Assembly (NCBI RefSeq): GCF_039383305.1
Contig: NZ_CP135009.1
Location: forward strand, 150,001-182,000
DNA: 32,000 bases
Origin: Candidatus Saccharimonadota bacterium
GTDB taxonomy: Bacteria; Pseudomonadota; Gammaproteobacteria; Enterobacterales; Enterobacteriaceae
Direction of reading: 5' to 3'
The stretch's first letter is position 1; each line of letters starts with the position of its first letter. Both the position numbers and the translations under genes were made by a program. Positions 29,501 through 32,000 of the stretch are shown piece after piece. The notes under the pieces are model-generated. The model searched no databases. It had not been told where the DNA came from and saw only the letters and a program-made list of their open reading frames with translations.

Positions 29501-30101
29501 AACTGGACATCCTATTTCTATTTTTTTAAAAGAATTAATGATTTATACTAAAAATGTATTTTTAAAAGATTGTATAGAAAAAAAAAATAAAAAATATATT
29601 ACTGTGGCAGGAATTATAGAATCTATTAAAATAAATTATTCTTTAAAAAAAAAAAAAATTTATTCTTTAGTTATTGATGACTCTTTTAATACTTTAGATG
29701 TTGTATTATTTGACATCCCTTTTAATATTTCAAAAAATGTATTAAAAAGAGACGTCATTATTTTAGTAACGGGTATTTTAAATTTTGATATTTTTAAAAA
29801 TTGTTATCGAATTATAGCAAAAAATATAATAGATTTAGAAACTTTTCGTAATCAAAATATAAGAAAAATTTTTATTAGTATAAAATTTAATATTTTAAAT
29901 ATTCAAGATATATTAAATTTTTTATTAAAATTATTTCAAGATAATAATTTAGGTAATATTTCTGTAAATTTTATATTTGTAAAAAATTTTTCATATACAC
30001 ATCCATTATTTTCTACTTCTTGGAAATTATTTTTAACTAATACTTTAATGCGTAATTTATTTGAATTTTCTCGGTTAGGTTATTTAGAAATTCAATATTA
30101 A
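26592..30101 (+). CDS. dnaE: DNA polymerase III alpha subunit
   Basis: 1169 aa. PHP N terminus FVHLRTHSDYSMIDG, then GPGRGSGSGSLVAY, PDFDIDFC, LVKFDFLGLKTLT, NKSHSATYA, and a clamp-binding-like QRNLF. Confidence 0.98.
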   Translation: MKKVNFVHLRTHSDYSMIDGLSKPEVLVQRAVSLKMVALGLTDINNLYGVIKFYHFARLSGIKPIIGVDFTFLSNIIKNYFFRMTLLAANQVGYQNIIILLSKSYQKGYQENLGPVITFKNLKKYREGIIILSGGIEGDIAKCILYNDLKLIKKNFQYFKKYFDNSYFLEISRIKNFREEEYLEKIKYISKKFNIPLVVTNPVSFLKKKDYKVHKIRIAIYQRKIISDSKFSYTYTKEQFLKSEKEICDLFKDFPDALRNSVEISKRCNVIILTGKYFLPVFDTGSMNILQFFLQKISEGLEKRLQEIFPVVSVRQKLRIPYDIRLSYEVSVIKKMGFISYFLIVMEFILWAKNNDIPVGPGRGSGSGSLVAYVLQITELDPLKFDLLFERFLNPDRVSLPDFDIDFCMEKRDLVIEHVSEKYGRNSVAQIITFGTMAAKAVIRDVGRVLGYPYGFINKISKLVPLDPGMTLRKAFRKQKELERLYKEDLNVKTLIDLAKKLEGVVRNVGKHAGGVVISPTKISDFAPLYCDSNGKNQVTQFDKNDIEYVGLVKFDFLGLKTLTIINSCIKMVNEKNIRLKKKTININKISLSDIKSFNLLKKADTIAVFQLESKGMQDLIRRLKPDSFEDLIALVALFRPGPLQSGMVDNFINRKQGCEKIAYPDKKWQHILLKPILESTYGIILYQEQVMKIAQILSNYTPGQADILRRAMGKKDPKEMSAQRNSFEIGAKKNGICTILANKIFNLLEKFAAYGFNKSHSATYAFLSYQTLWLKSNYPAEFFASALNMDLSNTIKIVILIKDIQKRNLKIIPPDINMSCWNFFVDKNNNIVYGLGAIKGLGKSSIDIIQKERKNGKKPFKNFLDLCIRTVSKNFTRRVFERLIMSGACDSFKICRFELFYKIEYFMKVAKQYILFRTSKQRNLFGSQHSLKNIFCLQDSQIFSKNKIKNLINMEYYYLWEKETLGFYLTGHPISIFLKELMIYTKNVFLKDCIEKKNKKYITVAGIIESIKINYSLKKKKIYSLVIDDSFNTLDVVLFDIPFNISKNVLKRDVIILVTGILNFDIFKNCYRIIAKNIIDLETFRNQNIRKIFISIKFNILNIQDILNFLLKLFQDNNLGNISVNFIFVKNFSYTHPLFSTSWKLFLTNTLMRNLFEFSRLGYLEIQY
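29645..29658 (+). repeat. 14-nt poly(A) tract in frame within dnaE
   Basis: Counted directly: A14, read as TTA AAA AAA AAA AAA ATT (LKKKKI). It is the longest homopolymer I found inside a CDS in this window. Confidence 0.95.
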
Positions 30102-30128
30102 TTAATATTTTTTAAAATATTTTTTTGT

Positions 30129-31787
30129 TTATATATTTAATGATTTTTGAGTTTTTTTAAAATTTTTTAAAATATTTTTAATTAATACTAATGTTTTAGT
30201 ATTTTTTTTTCTAGAATAAAATTCTATTTGTTTATTTATAATAGTTTTTTTACTAATAATTAAAATGTTAGGAATACCTAATAATTCTAAATCTTTTAAA
30301 ATAAATCCAATTCTTTCAGGGCGATTATCAAATAAAATTTCAATACCTTGTAAAGATAAATTTTTATATAATAAATTAGCAAGTTTTTTAATTTTAGGGT
30401 TATTGCGCATATTAATTGGTGCAATAGCTACCTGGAAAGGAGAAATTTTTTCAGGCCAAATTATGCCTTTTTTATCATGATTTTGTTCTATAATTGCAGA
30501 AATAATTCTATTTATTCCAATTCCATAGCACCCCATATGTAAAAAATCTTTTTTTTTTTTCGTAATAGAAAAATTTATAATTTTTGAGTATTTCGTACCT
30601 AATTGAAAAATATGTCCAATTTCAATACTTTTTTGTATTTTTACATCTTTAATATTATAAGATATTTCATTTCTTTTATTAGTCTGATTTAATTTTAATA
30701 TTTGATTATATTTTATTTGTGTATTCCAAAAAATATTTGTTTTTTTAATATTTGGTTTTTTTTTAAATAAAATAAAATATTTTAGTTTTTTAACTTTTAT
30801 ATCTCCAATTAAAAATATTTTTAATTTTTTCGTATTTTTTAAAATGAAATTTATATTATATTTTTTTTTTTTTCTTTTAAATAAACAAATAGGTTTTTTT
30901 AATTCTGAAATGTTTTTTAATTTTTCAAAATTTAAAGTATGTTTTTTTTTTAATAATATTATAGAATATAAAAAACAAGAATTTTCATGAGTTTTTAAAT
31001 ATAAAATTTGTATGGATTTATTAAAAATTTTTTTTTTAGATAATATATTAGCAGGAAAAGTTACATTTTGAATTTCTGAAATGTTTTTAAAAATTTTAGC
31101 GTATTGTGATTTTTCTGGATATACTATAGTATCTTCTCCAGTTTTAGAAAAGGCATGAAATTCATGTGATACAAATCCTCCCATAATTTTAGATGTTGTA
31201 GGTACTATTTTAAATTTTAATTTAAATTCTTTAAAAATTTCGATATATATTTTTAATAATTTTTGATATGTTTTTTCCAAAGATTTTAAAGTATTATGAA
31301 AAGAATATGCATCTTTCATTAAAAATTCTATTGTTCGAATAATTCCAAAACGCGGCCTTATTTCATCTCGAAATTTTTTTTGGATTTGATAAACAATTAA
31401 GGGTAATTGTTTAAAAGAATGAATTTCATTTTTTAAGATTTTAGTAACTATTTCTTCATGTGTAGGACTAAGAATAAATTTTTTTCCTCTTCGATTAGAA
31501 AATTTTAATAATTCTTTACCATATAATTTAGTACGTCCACTTGCATCCCATAATTTTTGAGGATTTAAAACCGGTAAACATATTTCTAACGCATTAATTT
31601 TATTCATTTTTTTTGTAATAATATTAATGATATTTTGTATTACACGTTGCCCTGTGGGAAGCCAAGCATAAATTCCTGAAGATAATTTTCTAATCATTCC
31701 TGATCTTAACATTAGTTGATGACTAATAGTATCAGTATGTTTTGTGTAATTATGTAACGTAGAAAGTAAATATTTTTTTGTTTTCAT
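30129..31787 (-). CDS. proS: prolyl-tRNA synthetase
   Basis: The ORF-track start at 31799 is a TTG. The ATG at 31787 gives MKTKKYLLSTL, colinear with the E. coli ProS N terminus. Class II motifs FRDEIRPRFGIIRTIEFLMKDAYSF and MGCYGIGINR are present. The central insertion domain is highly diverged. Confidence 0.93.
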   Translation of the reverse strand: MKTKKYLLSTLHNYTKHTDTISHQLMLRSGMIRKLSSGIYAWLPTGQRVIQNIINIITKKMNKINALEICLPVLNPQKLWDASGRTKLYGKELLKFSNRRGKKFILSPTHEEIVTKILKNEIHSFKQLPLIVYQIQKKFRDEIRPRFGIIRTIEFLMKDAYSFHNTLKSLEKTYQKLLKIYIEIFKEFKLKFKIVPTTSKIMGGFVSHEFHAFSKTGEDTIVYPEKSQYAKIFKNISEIQNVTFPANILSKKKIFNKSIQILYLKTHENSCFLYSIILLKKKHTLNFEKLKNISELKKPICLFKRKKKKYNINFILKNTKKLKIFLIGDIKVKKLKYFILFKKKPNIKKTNIFWNTQIKYNQILKLNQTNKRNEISYNIKDVKIQKSIEIGHIFQLGTKYSKIINFSITKKKKDFLHMGCYGIGINRIISAIIEQNHDKKGIIWPEKISPFQVAIAPINMRNNPKIKKLANLLYKNLSLQGIEILFDNRPERIGFILKDLELLGIPNILIISKKTIINKQIEFYSRKKNTKTLVLIKNILKNFKKTQKSLNI

Positions 31788-31918
31788 TTTTTTTCTCAAT
31801 ATTTTTATATTATAAAAATTTTGTATTTTTTTTTAAAAAAAAAATTTTAAAAAAAGAAATATTTTATATAATATATTATATATTATTTTCAATTTTATTT
31901 AATTATTAGAGAAATTAT

Positions 31919-32000
31919 ATGAATACTGAAAATACAGAAGAAAAAACTGAAAGTCCTACACCACATAAAATTAAAAAAGCAGAAAAATTTGGTAATACAC
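31919..32000 (+). CDS. flhB: flagellar export apparatus protein FlhB (5' fragment, continues beyond the window)
   Basis: MNTENTEEKTESPTPHKIKKAEKFGNT matches the FlhB N-terminal pattern (KTE.PTPH...KA...G). proS-flhB adjacency is as I recall it in Buchnera. Confidence 0.75.
   Translation, partial: MNTENTEEKTESPTPHKIKKAEKFGNT

Noticed and set aside
30265-30480. 71-aa plus-strand ORF inside proS.
   Set aside because: It is antisense to the conserved C-terminal anticodon-binding region of proS and is a shadow ORF.
31788-31799. Four extra N-terminal codons of proS (track start at 31799).
   Set aside because: The codon at 31797-31799 is TTG. The ATG at 31787 reproduces the E. coli ProS N-terminal length exactly.
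1-32000. Search for a novel multi-gene system such as a defence island, toxin-antitoxin pair, CRISPR array, IS or phage element, secretion effectors or orphan ORFs.
   Set aside because: Every ORF over about 100 aa is a recognisable conserved housekeeping gene in conserved order. The spacers are short, A/T-only and ORF-free. I saw no direct-repeat arrays, terminal inverted repeats, integrase or transposase signatures, or tRNA-like G/C-rich segments. I therefore do not claim an undescribed system beyond the single-gene and motif-level oddities reported.

Overview
The window is extremely AT-rich (by eye about four-fifths A+T, not computed) and consists of densely packed housekeeping genes with short, almost G/C-free spacers. 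Gene content and order are pcnB, dksA, truA, secA, aceE-aceF-lpdA, erpA, ftsZ-ftsA, rsmH, ilvH-ilvI, dapD, map, rpsB-tsf, frr, bamA, fabZ, dnaE, proS, flhB. This fits a highly reduced gammaproteobacterial insect endosymbiont, most like a small-genome Buchnera aphidicola lineage; that assignment is inferred from synteny and composition, not from a search. All 22 large ORFs are recognisable conserved genes. I see no tRNA or rRNA, CRISPR array, IS or phage remnant, toxin-antitoxin pair or defence island, so I cannot support a new multi-gene system here. Six things are unusual. (1) BamA has an acidic, internally repetitive Glu/Pro/Thr/Val-rich segment where barrel loop L6 and its VRGF motif should be, and its POTRA1 position is degenerate. 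(2) A 16-nt motif, T5+ A8 TAT, recurs in intergenic spacers and is co-oriented with the downstream genes. (3) Gene-loss scars have collapsed the dcw/mur cluster and the dxr-to-rnhB envelope cluster down to ftsA-ftsZ, bamA and fabZ. (4) A few G/C-containing hairpins stand out in otherwise A/T-only spacers. (5) Many 10-14 nt poly(A)/poly(T) tracts lie in frame inside essential genes. (6) Some domains have eroded: the ProS editing domain, the SecA zinc-finger tail, and AceF reduced to one lipoyl domain. Three ORF-track starts were trimmed: ilvI and proS, whose track starts are TTG, and bamA.
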